A stretch of 64,000 bases of DNA, from assembly GCA_963790025.1 (NCBI GenBank), contig CAWBMP010000005.1, forward strand, positions 544,001-608,000, in the 5' to 3' direction. The stretch is from Nitrospirota bacterium. GTDB taxonomy: Bacteria; Nitrospirota; Thermodesulfovibrionia; Thermodesulfovibrionales; Dissulfurispiraceae. Within the stretch, counting starts at the first letter, position 1; every line of letters begins with the position of its first letter. Both the position numbers and the translations under genes were made by a program. Shown here piece by piece: positions 53,607 through 63,373 of this stretch. The notes under the pieces are model-generated. The model ran no database searches and was not told where the DNA came from. It saw nothing but the letters and a program-made list of their open reading frames with translations.

Positions 53607-54323
53607 TTATGCGTTTTTTTGAGGCAATGCCATATATGATTTTACCTTGACCTTTACTTGGTAATTTCTGTAACGGATCGATAAATGGGATTGGTACCAT
53701 GACATTTCAGGGTCCAGTATGCTTTCTGTTGTTCCATATTCGCTCCGGACCGGAGTATCGTAAGATATGAATAATTTCTCTCCATTATCGAGTTCTATTG
53801 TCTGTTCAAGCGGAAGAAGGTCTTTTTTCCCGATTATCAGCTTCCTGTTGAAATTTCTTAATATGTAAACATCCTTTTCTTCCTGGACCGTATAGTCTTT
53901 GATGGTCCACCACAGAAAGCTGTTTTTCAGGCCGTTTACCAGAACTATGATCTTGTTCTTGTCCATCTTCGGTTTGCTGTGTATGACGCCGTTGTCCTCG
54001 GTCAACTCCCCATACAGAAAACCCAGATAATAAATTCTGAGGTCCAGTGCAGAAGGTGAAAGGTCCATGTGGGCATCGCCGCTCATCGTCGCGTCATTTT
54101 TTTCGTAGTCTATAGCCAAAATCGCCTCCACGGACTTGACGGTATTCATCTTTTCCATAATATCGGCAAGAGCAAGCCCCTCGCGGGACGGTTTTTCAGC
54201 AATTTTGGGCGCACAGGAAACAAAAAGAAACAGGCAAAGGGCAAAAACAAGCAGTGTTTTACCTTTAACCTTTAACCTTTCGCCTTTACCCTTCTTTAAT
54301 GTGTTCCATCGTTTCTTCAACAT
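53607..54323 (-). CDS. Hypothetical lipoprotein (possibly LolA/LolB-like fold)
   Basis: Basic N-terminus, hydrophobic stretch, lipobox FVSC; GGAG RBS upstream of ATG 54323. Confidence 0.7.
   Translation of the reverse strand: MLKKRWNTLKKGKGERLKVKGKTLLVFALCLFLFVSCAPKIAEKPSREGLALADIMEKMNTVKSVEAILAIDYEKNDATMSGDAHMDLSPSALDLRIYYLGFLYGELTEDNGVIHSKPKMDKNKIIVLVNGLKNSFLWWTIKDYTVQEEKDVYILRNFNRKLIIGKKDLLPLEQTIELDNGEKLFISYDTPVRSEYGTTESILDPEMSWYQSHLSIRYRNYQVKVKVKSYMALPQKNA
54231..54290. repeat. Inverted pair of 7-nt tandem repeats inside the lipoprotein signal peptide
   Basis: Minus strand GGGTAAA GGCGAAA GGTTAAA GGTTAAA GGTAAAA followed by TTTTTGCCCTTTGCCTG. Confidence 0.75.
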
Positions 54324-55644
54324 TTTTCACTCCTATTATCGTTAATCCCAAATCGGTCTTAAGGCGCTCCATGTTGCCTTTTGGTATGATCGCTTTTTTA
54401 AAGCCTATCTTTGCCGCCTCTTTGAGCCTTGATTCCCCCTGCGCAACTGCCCGAACTTCACCTGATAGCCCGACCTCTCCGAAAAGAAAGGTCTTGGAAT
54501 CTATCGGTATCTCTCTGAACGATGAGGCGATTGCCGCAATAATGCCGAGGTCGGAGGCCGGCTCGATTACTTTCAGGCCCCCGACAATATTAATAAAGAT
54601 ATCCATTCCCCCCAAGTGCATGCCCGCTTTTTTTTCGAGCACGGCAACGAGGAGATTTACCCTGTTATAATCAACGCCCATGCTTGTTCTCCTGGGCATC
54701 CCGAACGTAGTGGGCGCTACCAGGGCCTGTATTTCAACGAGTAAGGGACGCGTGCCTTCCATGCTGGCTATTACTGTCGAGCCCGAGACATTGAGAGGTC
54801 TCTCTGACAGAAAAAGCTCCGAGGGGTTGCTGATCTCTGCCAGACCGCTGTCGGTCATTTCGAATACGCCTATTTCATTAGTTGAGCCGAACCTGTTTTT
54901 TACTGTGCGGAGAATGCGGTAAGGATGTCCCCTGTCACCCTCGAAATACAGCACCGTATCAACAAGGTGTTCCAGTACACGGGGCCCCGCAATTGCCCCT
55001 TCTTTGGTTACATGTCCTATAAGGAAAACAGGGACGCGTGTTTTCTTTGCAAAGAGCATCAGTTTGGCTGCCGATTCCCTTACTTGGCCCACTGAACCAG
55101 GCGCCGAAGTAAGGTCCTCGGTAAATATTGTCTGTATGGAATCGACCACAAGGGCGGCAGGCTTGAGTTCCCTGGCAGTTATTATAATATTTTCAACCAG
55201 TGTCTCGGGCAGCAGGATAATTGTTCCGGCATTGATCGAAAGCCGTTCAGCCCTCAATTTGATCTGTTCCGGAGATTCTTCACCAGACACATAAAGAACC
55301 GTCTTCTGATGTGCTATTTTTGCCAACGCCTGGAGGATAAGCGTGGATTTCCCGATGCCCGGATCACCGCCAATAAGCACAATGGAGCCGTCGACCAAGC
55401 CTCCGCCGAGCACTCGGTCCAACTCCTGTATGCCGATACAGTTTCTCCGCTCCTTTCCCCCGGTAATTGCATTCAGGGGTTGGGCTTCGGCAACGCCGTA
55501 GGAGTTTGAGGATTTCAATGCCTTGGGGCTTTGCCGCTCCTCTGAGAAACTGTTCCATGCGCCGCAATCAGGGCACTTGCCGAGCCATTTAGGGCTCGCA
55601 TAGCCGCAGGTCTGACACTGAAAAACAGTTTTAATTTTAGTCAT
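54286..55644 (-). CDS. radA: DNA repair protein RadA/Sms
   Basis: C4 zinc finger, GDPGIGKST, KNRFG, Lon-like C-terminus. Confidence 0.98.
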   Translation of the reverse strand: MTKIKTVFQCQTCGYASPKWLGKCPDCGAWNSFSEERQSPKALKSSNSYGVAEAQPLNAITGGKERRNCIGIQELDRVLGGGLVDGSIVLIGGDPGIGKSTLILQALAKIAHQKTVLYVSGEESPEQIKLRAERLSINAGTIILLPETLVENIIITARELKPAALVVDSIQTIFTEDLTSAPGSVGQVRESAAKLMLFAKKTRVPVFLIGHVTKEGAIAGPRVLEHLVDTVLYFEGDRGHPYRILRTVKNRFGSTNEIGVFEMTDSGLAEISNPSELFLSERPLNVSGSTVIASMEGTRPLLVEIQALVAPTTFGMPRRTSMGVDYNRVNLLVAVLEKKAGMHLGGMDIFINIVGGLKVIEPASDLGIIAAIASSFREIPIDSKTFLFGEVGLSGEVRAVAQGESRLKEAAKIGFKKAIIPKGNMERLKTDLGLTIIGVKNVEETMEHIKEG

Positions 55645-55648
55645 AGCA

Positions 55649-55729
55649 AGTTAGATGCAGGTATAGGCAGAGGCATAGGTAAAGGAAAGGCCCTGCTGTC
55701 ATTTGTCTTTACCTCTATCTTTACCTTTG
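55649..55729. repeat. Inverted pair of 6-nt tandem repeats
   Basis: AGTTAG ATGCAG GTATAG GCAGAG GCATAG GTAAAG; inverse CTTTAC CTCTAT CTTTAC CTTTG. Confidence 0.7.
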
Positions 55730-55730
55730 T

Positions 55731-56495
55731 TTATAAATTAAGCAGCCGCATTCCTTTTCCGAGCGTGAAAGCGCTTTCGATAGCCTCTATGACGAATGCC
55801 CTGGCTGCACTCGTGGCATCGATGACAGAGGCCCCGTTAGCAAGTGACGCAGTGACGGCGGCAGAGAATGCGCATCCGGTTCCGTGGAATTCGCCGGGTA
55901 TCTTCCTGCCCCTGAACCGGTGAAATGCCTTGCCGTCATAGAGCAGTTCAAGCGTCTCACCCTCCAGATGTCCGCCGGTGATGATTACCACTTCGGGGCC
56001 AATCCTTTTTAATGCAATTGCGGCCTGCTCCATTGTCTCCTCGTCCGATACGGCAATACCGGTGAGAGTTGAAGCCTCCATGAAATTCGGCGTAATGACT
56101 TTTGCCAGAGGAAACAGCTCCTCCCTCATCACATCGACGGCCTTTTTTTCCAGAAGGCTTGTGCCGGAAGAAGATAAGATAACCGGGTCTACCACGAGAT
56201 TTTGCAGGTCAAATTCTGTTACTACTTTAGCTACCGACTTCACGGCATCAGCGGAGAGAAGCATCCCCGTTTTGAGCGCACCGGGCCGAATATCAGCAAG
56301 AATAGTGTTTAATTGTTCATATAAAAAAGGACCTTCTATCCTTTCAATTGCGCTGACCTTCAAAGTATTTTGCGCCGTAACAGCGGACAGCGCCGAGAGG
56401 CCGTAGACGGCAAAGCGGCTAAAAACCTTTAGATCGGCCTGTATCCCGGCCCCTCCCGAAGGGTCCGAACCTGCTATGGTCAGGGCAATTTTCAT
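55731..56495 (-). CDS. thiD: Hydroxymethylpyrimidine/phosphomethylpyrimidine kinase
   Basis: TIAGSDPSGGAGIQADLK, TAQNT, ITPN, HGTGC. Confidence 0.96.
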   Translation of the reverse strand: MKIALTIAGSDPSGGAGIQADLKVFSRFAVYGLSALSAVTAQNTLKVSAIERIEGPFLYEQLNTILADIRPGALKTGMLLSADAVKSVAKVVTEFDLQNLVVDPVILSSSGTSLLEKKAVDVMREELFPLAKVITPNFMEASTLTGIAVSDEETMEQAAIALKRIGPEVVIITGGHLEGETLELLYDGKAFHRFRGRKIPGEFHGTGCAFSAAVTASLANGASVIDATSAARAFVIEAIESAFTLGKGMRLLNL

Positions 56496-56515
56496 GACAC
56501 AATTAGTATATCAGA

Positions 56516-56554
56516 AAGTTATAGGTTAGAGGATAGAGGTTGGAGACCTCTAAC
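56516..56554. repeat. 7-nt tandem repeats (AGGTTAG type) with short inverse arm
   Basis: AAGTTAT AGGTTAG AGGATAG AGGTTGG followed by CCTCTAAC. Confidence 0.6.
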
Positions 56555-56636
56555 GTTGATGGTTGACAAATGTGTATAATTTTTAGTAACTTAATAATCT
56601 TATTAAATTCGCTGTATTTATATGGAAGGTGTAACG

Positions 56637-57071
56637 ATGAGAACCAGGTTTGCCAAGAGAAATGAAATTGAGCACAAATGGTATATTGTTGATGCCAAGG
56701 ACAAGGTGTTGGGCAGGTTGGCAAGCAGGATTGCAACCTACATAAGGGGAAAACATAAGCCTATATTTACCCCCAATGTCGATACCGGAGATTTTATGAT
56801 TGTTATCAATGCAGATAAAGTTAAGGTCACCGGCAACAAACTTTTGGACAAGATGTATCAACACCATACCGGGTATATAGGGAACCTGAAAGAGAAATCA
56901 CTCAGGGACAGGATGAATACTGAGCCCGAGAAAGTGATTGAGGATGCGGTCTGGGGAATGCTTCCCAAAAACAGGCTCGGCAGGGCGATGATCAAAAAGC
57001 TTAAAGTATACCGGGGTCCGGAGCACGGTCATGCCGCCCAGAAACCCGAGTTAATAGAAATCACTAAGTAA
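56637..57071 (+). CDS. rplM: 50S ribosomal protein L13
   Basis: [32 protein letters not shown]. Confidence 0.99.
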   Translation: MRTRFAKRNEIEHKWYIVDAKDKVLGRLASRIATYIRGKHKPIFTPNVDTGDFMIVINADKVKVTGNKLLDKMYQHHTGYIGNLKEKSLRDRMNTEPEKVIEDAVWGMLPKNRLGRAMIKKLKVYRGPEHGHAAQKPELIEITK

Positions 57072-57085
57072 GGAGTAAATCGATA

Positions 57086-57478
57086 ATGGTGTCTATAAAT
57101 TATAATTCAACAGGCAGAAGGAAGCGGTCCATAGCGCGGGTGAGCCTCGTTCCGGGGAAAGGCAACATCATAGTTAATGAAAGGGACATAGATAGCTACT
57201 TTCCGAGAGAGACGTTGAGAATGATCATCAGGCAGCCGCTCCAGCTTACAGGCACGACGGCGAAATATGACGTGGTTGCCAGGGTTAACGGAGGCGGGCT
57301 CAGCGGCCAGGCAGGCGCCTTGCGGCATGGAATTGCAAGAGCGCTGGTTGCTTCCGATGCCGATATGAAGCCTAAGCTCAAAAAAGAGGGACTCCTTACC
57401 AGAGACCCCAGAGAAGTGGAGCGGAAGAAGTACGGCCAGAAAGGTGCACGCGCAAGGTTCCAGTTCTCCAAGCGGTAA
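57086..57478 (+). CDS. rpsI: 30S ribosomal protein S9
   Basis: [20 protein letters not shown]...QFSKR. Confidence 0.99.
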   Translation: MVSINYNSTGRRKRSIARVSLVPGKGNIIVNERDIDSYFPRETLRMIIRQPLQLTGTTAKYDVVARVNGGGLSGQAGALRHGIARALVASDADMKPKLKKEGLLTRDPREVERKKYGQKGARARFQFSKR

Positions 57479-57502
57479 ATTCGCATTTTTTTAAAAATGC
57501 AG

Positions 57503-57533
57503 ATAGGGCTCGTTCAATGAACGGGCCTTATGT
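57503..57533 (+). terminator. Putative terminator after rpsI
   Basis: AGGGCTCGTTCA-A-TGAACGGGCCTT hairpin followed by ATGTTT. Confidence 0.5.
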
Positions 57534-57551
57534 TTATGAGGAGTACTCACT

Positions 57552-58595
57552 ATGATTAAAGTGGCAATTTGCGGCGGCAGCGGGTATGCCGGGGCCGAAC
57601 TCCTTAGAATACTGTTGCTTCATCCCGAGGTGGAAGTGATTGCGGTGACGTCGGAGAAGTCTGCCGGCAGGCGGGTGACCGACCTCTTCCCTCACCTCCA
57701 TCGTTATGCGCATTTGGTGTTTCAGCATCTCGGCAGCAAAGAGGGCCTGGTTGAAAAGGCGGAGCTTTTTTTCATGGCTTTGCCCCACGCTGCATCTCAG
57801 GAGGCGGTGGACTTTTTCTTCAAAAAAGGGAAAAAGGTCATCGACCTTTCGGCTGACTACCGTCTGGCCGATTCAACGGTGTACGAAGAATGGTATAAAA
57901 CCCAGCATCACTATCAGGAGACCCTGAAAAAATCTGTATACGGCCTGCCTGAGTTGCACCGCGAGCGGATAAGAACAGCAGGGCTCATTGCAAATCCAGG
58001 CTGCTATCCGACAGGCGCCATACTCGGTCTGTATCCAGCAATCAAAGAGGGAATTATTGACACAGAGACCATTATTATAGACTCCAAATCAGGTACCTCC
58101 GGAGCCGGTCGCAAGGCGGAAACGGCGTTTTCCTATTGTGAGGTCAATGAAGGTTTCAAGGCATACGGGATTGCAGTGCACCGCCACACTCCCGAGATAG
58201 AGCAGGAATTGTCGGCGCTGGCCGGAAAAAAAGTTGTGGTTAATTTTACTCCCCACCTTGTGGCTATTGACAGGGGGATCGTTTCTACGATTTACGGAAA
58301 ATTGGCCGGAAGCATCGATACCTGTGATGTGCTTGCGCTTTACAATAAAGCTTATGGCAAGGAGCCGTTTCTGAATGTCCTCGAAGAGGGCGTATTCCCA
58401 AACGCTAAGAATGTCCGCGGCAGCAATTATTGCGAGATCGGGCTCAAGGTAAACAAAAGGACCGGTACATTGATTATTGTTACCGCAATTGACAATCTTG
58501 TGAAAGGGGCATCAGGTCAGGCAGTGCAGAATATGAACATCATGATGGGCTTCCCGGAGAATACCGCGCTCGAATCCTTGGCGCTCTTCCCATAG
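57552..58595 (+). CDS. argC: N-acetyl-gamma-glutamyl-phosphate reductase
   Basis: GGSGYAG, ANPGCYPT, SGTSGAG, DNLVKGASGQA. Confidence 0.98.
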   Translation: MIKVAICGGSGYAGAELLRILLLHPEVEVIAVTSEKSAGRRVTDLFPHLHRYAHLVFQHLGSKEGLVEKAELFFMALPHAASQEAVDFFFKKGKKVIDLSADYRLADSTVYEEWYKTQHHYQETLKKSVYGLPELHRERIRTAGLIANPGCYPTGAILGLYPAIKEGIIDTETIIIDSKSGTSGAGRKAETAFSYCEVNEGFKAYGIAVHRHTPEIEQELSALAGKKVVVNFTPHLVAIDRGIVSTIYGKLAGSIDTCDVLALYNKAYGKEPFLNVLEEGVFPNAKNVRGSNYCEIGLKVNKRTGTLIIVTAIDNLVKGASGQAVQNMNIMMGFPENTALESLALFP

Positions 58596-58677
58596 TTGTA
58601 TTTGACATGTTTGGCTGAAAGCTGTTAGTATTGTAATGTAAAACTGCTTTACCCGGATGAAAATTACGTTATCATAA

Positions 58678-58705
58678 GCCCCGGATTACGCCGGGGCTTT
58701 TTTTC
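58678..58705 (+). terminator. Intrinsic terminator upstream of the helicase gene
   Basis: GCCCCGG-ATTACG-CCGGGGC followed by TTTTTTT. Confidence 0.75.
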
Positions 58706-58730
58706 GACGAGCGCAGAAATAAGGAGTATT

Positions 58731-59993
58731 ATGGAATTTCAAGCATTTGAGCTTCACCCCCATGTCGCAGCCGGGGTTACGGCTGCGGGCTTTACCACAC
58801 CAACGCCGATCCAGGAGCAGGCGATTCCGCCAGTTATATTGGGACGGGATGTAATGGGTCTTGCACAGACCGGCACTGGTAAAACTGCAGCCTTCGTGCT
58901 GCCTATCCTGAATCGCCTCATGCAAGGGGAGCGCAGGCGGGTTCGGGCCCTTGTTATCGCCCCGACCCGCGAACTGGCCGAGCAGATCCACGAGGCGGTC
59001 GTCAGTCTGGGACGGCAGACGCGTCTTAAAAGTGTAACGGTCTATGGCGGCGTAGGGTTCAATCCGCAGGCAGAAAAGCTGAAACGCGGCGCAGAGATCG
59101 TGGTAGCGTGCCCGGGACGGCTCCTGGACCACATCGGGCAGGGAACAATCGACCTTTCCAAGTTGGAGGTTTTGGTCCTTGACGAAGCCGACCGTATGTT
59201 TGACATGGGCTTTTTACCCGATATCAAGAAAATTCTGAAGTGTCTCCCTCAGCAGCGGCAGACCCTGCTTTTCTCTGCCACTATGCCCGAAGAGATCCGG
59301 CATCTGGCCAACGACATCCTGGATAAACCTGTCACACTCCAGGTGGGTGATACCATCCCGCCGATCACGGTCAGCCACGCCCTGTACCCTGTCTCTCAGG
59401 ACCTGAAGACCCCTCTGCTTATCGAGCTGTTGCAGCGTTCCGACACCGACTCCGTGCTGATATTTACACGTACCAAGCACCGGGCAAAACGTCTGGGAGA
59501 ACAACTGGTCAAAAGCGGCTACCGTGCGGCGTCTTTGCAAGGGAACCTTTCGCAGTCGCGGCGGCAGGCGGCGATGAACGGGTTCCGCGACGGCACGTTC
59601 CAAATCCTGGTGGCTACGGATATTGCGGCGCGCGGGATTGATGTGACACAGATATCCCACGTTATCAACTACGACATCCCCGATACGACCGATGCATATA
59701 TCCACCGTATCGGCCGCACTGGTCGTGCGGCCCGAAGCGGCGATGCATATACACTGGTGACCGGTGAGGATGCGGACATGGTGCGGGCCATCGAGCAGGT
59801 CCTCAGAGGCCCGGTCGAGCGCCGCACTGTGGCTGATTTCGACTATAGTGTCACAGCTCCACGAAAGGACAACAGGGCCTCCCGCCCTATGCAGAGACCG
59901 GCAGCAGCCCGCAAGCTGGTTAGGGCCAAGGCATCCGTAAGACAGTGGGGAGGATATAACTTTCAGCCGAAAAGCGCCGGAATGATAAAATGA
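58731..59993 (+). CDS. DEAD-box RNA helicase (RhlE-like)
   Basis: AQTGTGKT, PTRELA, DEAD, SAT, ARGID, HRIGRTGR. Confidence 0.96.
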   Translation: MEFQAFELHPHVAAGVTAAGFTTPTPIQEQAIPPVILGRDVMGLAQTGTGKTAAFVLPILNRLMQGERRRVRALVIAPTRELAEQIHEAVVSLGRQTRLKSVTVYGGVGFNPQAEKLKRGAEIVVACPGRLLDHIGQGTIDLSKLEVLVLDEADRMFDMGFLPDIKKILKCLPQQRQTLLFSATMPEEIRHLANDILDKPVTLQVGDTIPPITVSHALYPVSQDLKTPLLIELLQRSDTDSVLIFTRTKHRAKRLGEQLVKSGYRAASLQGNLSQSRRQAAMNGFRDGTFQILVATDIAARGIDVTQISHVINYDIPDTTDAYIHRIGRTGRAARSGDAYTLVTGEDADMVRAIEQVLRGPVERRTVADFDYSVTAPRKDNRASRPMQRPAAARKLVRAKASVRQWGGYNFQPKSAGMIK

Positions 59994-60190
59994 CCATAGC
60001 ACTGCCCGATGCCTGGAAGCAGTTTGAAAAGTATGTTAATGAGAAGGGTTATACCAGGAAACTGTTAGGGGCTTACGTCCTTTGCAATAAAGAAGGTAAA
60101 CAGATCAAGTTAATCTCGATAAGGCTGCGCGATTATATAATGATCGTCTGGGAAGATGGAGTGGGTTATTATGAGAGAGATCTAGAATAG
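59990..60190 (+). CDS. Small hypothetical protein
   Basis: 66 aa, ATGA translational coupling to the helicase. Confidence 0.5.
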   Translation: MTIALPDAWKQFEKYVNEKGYTRKLLGAYVLCNKEGKQIKLISIRLRDYIMIVWEDGVGYYERDLE

Positions 60191-60255
60191 AGATTGCAGC
60201 AGCAGTCGATGCCGGGCTTGCGCCTCAGGCTCCGAAGATAAGTTACAATAGTGCC

Positions 60256-61425
60256 ATGGGGCATTATGACATCATCGTTATCGGAGCCGGCGCTGCAGGG
60301 CTCATGGCTGCTATTGAATGCGGCAAAAGAGGCCGTTCGGTGCTGGTTATTGATCATGCCGGCAGTATGGGGAAAAAAATACGTGTCTCCGGAGGGGGCC
60401 TCTGTAACTTCAGCAATACTGCGGTAGACTATCATAATTATATATCGCGCAACCCCCGTTTCTGTAAATCCTCACTTGCCCGTTTTACTGCAAATGATTT
60501 TATCGCGATAATGGAAAGACACGGCAATGCTTATGAAGAGCGTGAACAAGGGCAGTTGTTCTGCGTGCGGGGTTCCCTGGAGATACTAAAAATGCTCGGA
60601 GACGAATGCTCCCAAGCCGGAGTACAACTGCTTTTAAACCGCCGTATATCTTCTATTGGCAAGGAAGAGGCGTTTACCGTTGTCACTGATAAAGAGACAT
60701 TTGCCTGCGGGTCCGTGGTGGTCGCCACTGGCGGACTATCGTATCCCAAGCTGGGCGCAACGGGCCTGGGCTACAGTATAGCCCGGCAGTTCGGCATTAA
60801 TGTTATTGAAACGAAGCCTGCCCTGGTCCCGTTTGTTCTGGGCCCTAGTGATTCTGCGGTTTTCGGTGAATTAAGCGGTATTTCGCTTGAAGCCATGGTC
60901 AGGTGCAACGGCAAGTATTTTCAAGGCGGCATACTGTTTACGCATAGAGGGCTGAGCGGTCCACCCATACTCCAGATTTCATCTTACTGGGGTCCTGGTG
61001 ATACCCTTGCAATCGATATAGCACCCGAAATTGATATGCAGGAAATATTCGCGGCAAAAGTGCACAGTACCATGGAAATGCCGACACTGCTTTCGCAGTT
61101 CCTGCCCAGACGTTTTGCGCGTAAATGGTGTGAACGATTTGGTTATTTAAAGCCGGTATGCAGTTACAATAAAAGGGAACTGATGAAGGTTTCACATCAC
61201 ATCCACAAGTGGGAAATTATTCCGGCAGGTACAGAAGACTACAGTACGGCGGAAGTTACTGCAGGGGGGATCGATACGGACGAGCTCTCGTCAAAAACAA
61301 TGGAATCCAAAAAAGTGCAGGGCCTCTATTTTGCCGGTGAGGTCATTGACGTGACGGGGCAGCTGGGAGGCTATAACCTTCAGTGGGCATGGTCATCAGG
61401 TTTTGCGGCGGGACAGTATGCATAG
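60256..61425 (+). CDS. HI0933/YhiN family flavoprotein
   Basis: GAGAAG, KIRVSGGG.CN, FTHRGLSGP, GGYNLQWAWSSG. Confidence 0.95.
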   Translation: MGHYDIIVIGAGAAGLMAAIECGKRGRSVLVIDHAGSMGKKIRVSGGGLCNFSNTAVDYHNYISRNPRFCKSSLARFTANDFIAIMERHGNAYEEREQGQLFCVRGSLEILKMLGDECSQAGVQLLLNRRISSIGKEEAFTVVTDKETFACGSVVVATGGLSYPKLGATGLGYSIARQFGINVIETKPALVPFVLGPSDSAVFGELSGISLEAMVRCNGKYFQGGILFTHRGLSGPPILQISSYWGPGDTLAIDIAPEIDMQEIFAAKVHSTMEMPTLLSQFLPRRFARKWCERFGYLKPVCSYNKRELMKVSHHIHKWEIIPAGTEDYSTAEVTAGGIDTDELSSKTMESKKVQGLYFAGEVIDVTGQLGGYNLQWAWSSGFAAGQYA

Positions 61426-62095
61426 ATTAAAACAGATCGTACTTGCATCGGCATCTCCGCGAAGAAGAGATATATTGCAGTTGACCGGCTTGCCCTTTAA
61501 GGTTGATCCCGTCAATTGCACAGAGAACATGGACATCCGTGTATCTCCCCGCAGACTGTCGAGGGTTTTGTCCGCGAAAAAGGCCCGTATAGCTGCCGGA
61601 AAATATCCTGATGGACTTATTATTGCTGCCGACACATTCGTTGTCTTCAGGGGCAAGATTATGGGAAAGCCCCATACGCCCGCTGAAGCCAGGGAGATGC
61701 TTGCGGCTCTGAGCGGCAAAGTGCATACTGTCATTACCGGTTTTACAATTATTGACACCCGCACCGGAAAGTGCATTTCCCGGTCAGTGGAAACAAAGGT
61801 ATATTTTGACAAGCTGAGTATTAAGGAAATAAACGCATACGTGAGGACCGGCGAGCCCCTCGACAAAGCCGGAGCTTATGCCATACAGGGTCTGGGATCG
61901 ATCTTTGTACGCAGGATCGAAGGGGACTATTTCAATGTAATCGGATTGCCCCTGAATGCAATGAAATCATGTCTCATCGAATTCGGCATCAACATTCAGC
62001 TTTGCGCCTCTATCAACGCCTTCAACTCCAGGACTCCCGGTGTCGGTCCCAGGTGTTTTTCTGCCAGCTCCAGTTCCATCAGGGCCTTTGCGTAG
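61418..62095 (+). CDS. maf: Maf family nucleotide pyrophosphatase
   Basis: LASASPRR, IAADT, GKP, DKAGAYAIQG, NVIGLP. Confidence 0.95.
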   Translation: MHRLKQIVLASASPRRRDILQLTGLPFKVDPVNCTENMDIRVSPRRLSRVLSAKKARIAAGKYPDGLIIAADTFVVFRGKIMGKPHTPAEAREMLAALSGKVHTVITGFTIIDTRTGKCISRSVETKVYFDKLSIKEINAYVRTGEPLDKAGAYAIQGLGSIFVRRIEGDYFNVIGLPLNAMKSCLIEFGINIQLCASINAFNSRTPGVGPRCFSASSSSIRAFA

Positions 62096-62223
62096 AAGCC
62101 GTCTTTGTAAGTGCTTTCGTTTGCAAGGGCGAGCTTTTTGCTCTCGAGCCACAAATCCTCATTTGAATGGATAAGGGCCTGCAGTTTGATGAATATTGCG
62201 TGTTTTGCGTTTCGTTTTCTCAT
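61996..62223 (-). CDS. Small hypothetical protein
   Basis: 75 aa ATG ORF with helical composition; overlaps the maf 3' end convergently. Confidence 0.4.
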   Translation of the reverse strand: MRKRNAKHAIFIKLQALIHSNEDLWLESKKLALANESTYKDGFYAKALMELELAEKHLGPTPGVLELKALIEAQS

Positions 62224-62310
62224 CTATATAGTTTAACACACCGTTGCAAGAATGCGTAAAGCGGGATAATATTAGATTACCATTATAAAGGGTTAGATGA
62301 GGAGCAGCTT

Positions 62311-62766
62311 ATGAAGAATTTAACATTGATTGTTTTTGCTTTAACATCAAGCATAATTCTAAACGCTGCAATATGTGCTGCTGATATGAATGATGAATTA
62401 AGGTCATCGATACGCGATAACGATATTGAAAAAGTTAAAGAGTTCATGGACAAGGGTGTAGATGTGGAGGCCAAAGACAGGTTTTTTGGTGCGACGCCGT
62501 TGATGCAAGCGGCGTTTGAAGGCAGGATTGAAATTGCACTGCTGTTGATACAGAAGGGTGCAGATGTCAATGCCAAAAACAAATTGGGTGCTACGCCACT
62601 GATGTATGCAGTGTCTGCCGGCCAAATAGAAACTGCTAGGATGCTGATAGAAAAAGGTGCAGATGTGAATGCCAGAGACAACGGGGACGAAACGGCCTTA
62701 TCCAAGGCAGAAAAACAGGGCAGAAGTGCCGCCGTTGAATTGCTCAGGCAATATGGGGCCAGGTAA
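62311..62766 (+). CDS. Secreted ankyrin-repeat protein
   Basis: Signal peptide; repeated GATPLM.A...G..E.A.LLI.KGADVNA. Confidence 0.92.
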   Translation: MKNLTLIVFALTSSIILNAAICAADMNDELRSSIRDNDIEKVKEFMDKGVDVEAKDRFFGATPLMQAAFEGRIEIALLLIQKGADVNAKNKLGATPLMYAVSAGQIETARMLIEKGADVNARDNGDETALSKAEKQGRSAAVELLRQYGAR

Positions 62767-62791
62767 AAAAAAGAAATAAAGGAGGCGACCC

Positions 62792-63373
62792 ATGCCGGAA
62801 GGCCCGGAGATTGAGACTGAAAAGCTTGAAGAGACGATTAAAGAGGAACTCGATCGTGAAGGTGGAGCATTCCTGAAGCAGATTGCCATTACTACTGCAA
62901 TCCTTGCTGTCCTGGCAGCCATTGCCTCACTCCAGGCCGGTACCACCGTCAATACAGCTCTCGCCCTAAAAACGGAAGCCGTGCGTCTCCAGTCGGAGGC
63001 ATCGGACCAGTGGGCCTTTTACCAGGCAAAAGGGATAAAGGCGGCCATTCAGGAGGCCTCTCTCACCCCGTGGCTTGCCGGCAGAAAGGAACCACCTGCC
63101 CGGTACAAGGAAACGATCAAGCGTTACAGTGAAGAACAGGCAGCAATTCAAAACAAGGCGCTGCTAAAGGAGCATGAGAGGGACGAGCTGTTGAAGGATT
63201 CGGACCACCTTCTCCACAAACACCATGGCTTTGCGAGTTCAGTTGCTCTTTTGCAGGTTTCGATCGCCTTAGGCGCTGTGTCGGCCCTGACACGCTTCAG
63301 GCTGATCTGGTTTGGCTCGATGTTAGTTGGCGGCATCGGCATAACAATTTTTGTATTGACCATGTTCCGCTGA
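62792..63373 (+). CDS. DUF4337-like membrane protein
   Basis: IAITTAILAVLAAI, ASDQWAFYQAK.IK, LLQVSIAL. Confidence 0.8.
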   Translation: MPEGPEIETEKLEETIKEELDREGGAFLKQIAITTAILAVLAAIASLQAGTTVNTALALKTEAVRLQSEASDQWAFYQAKGIKAAIQEASLTPWLAGRKEPPARYKETIKRYSEEQAAIQNKALLKEHERDELLKDSDHLLHKHHGFASSVALLQVSIALGAVSALTRFRLIWFGSMLVGGIGITIFVLTMFR

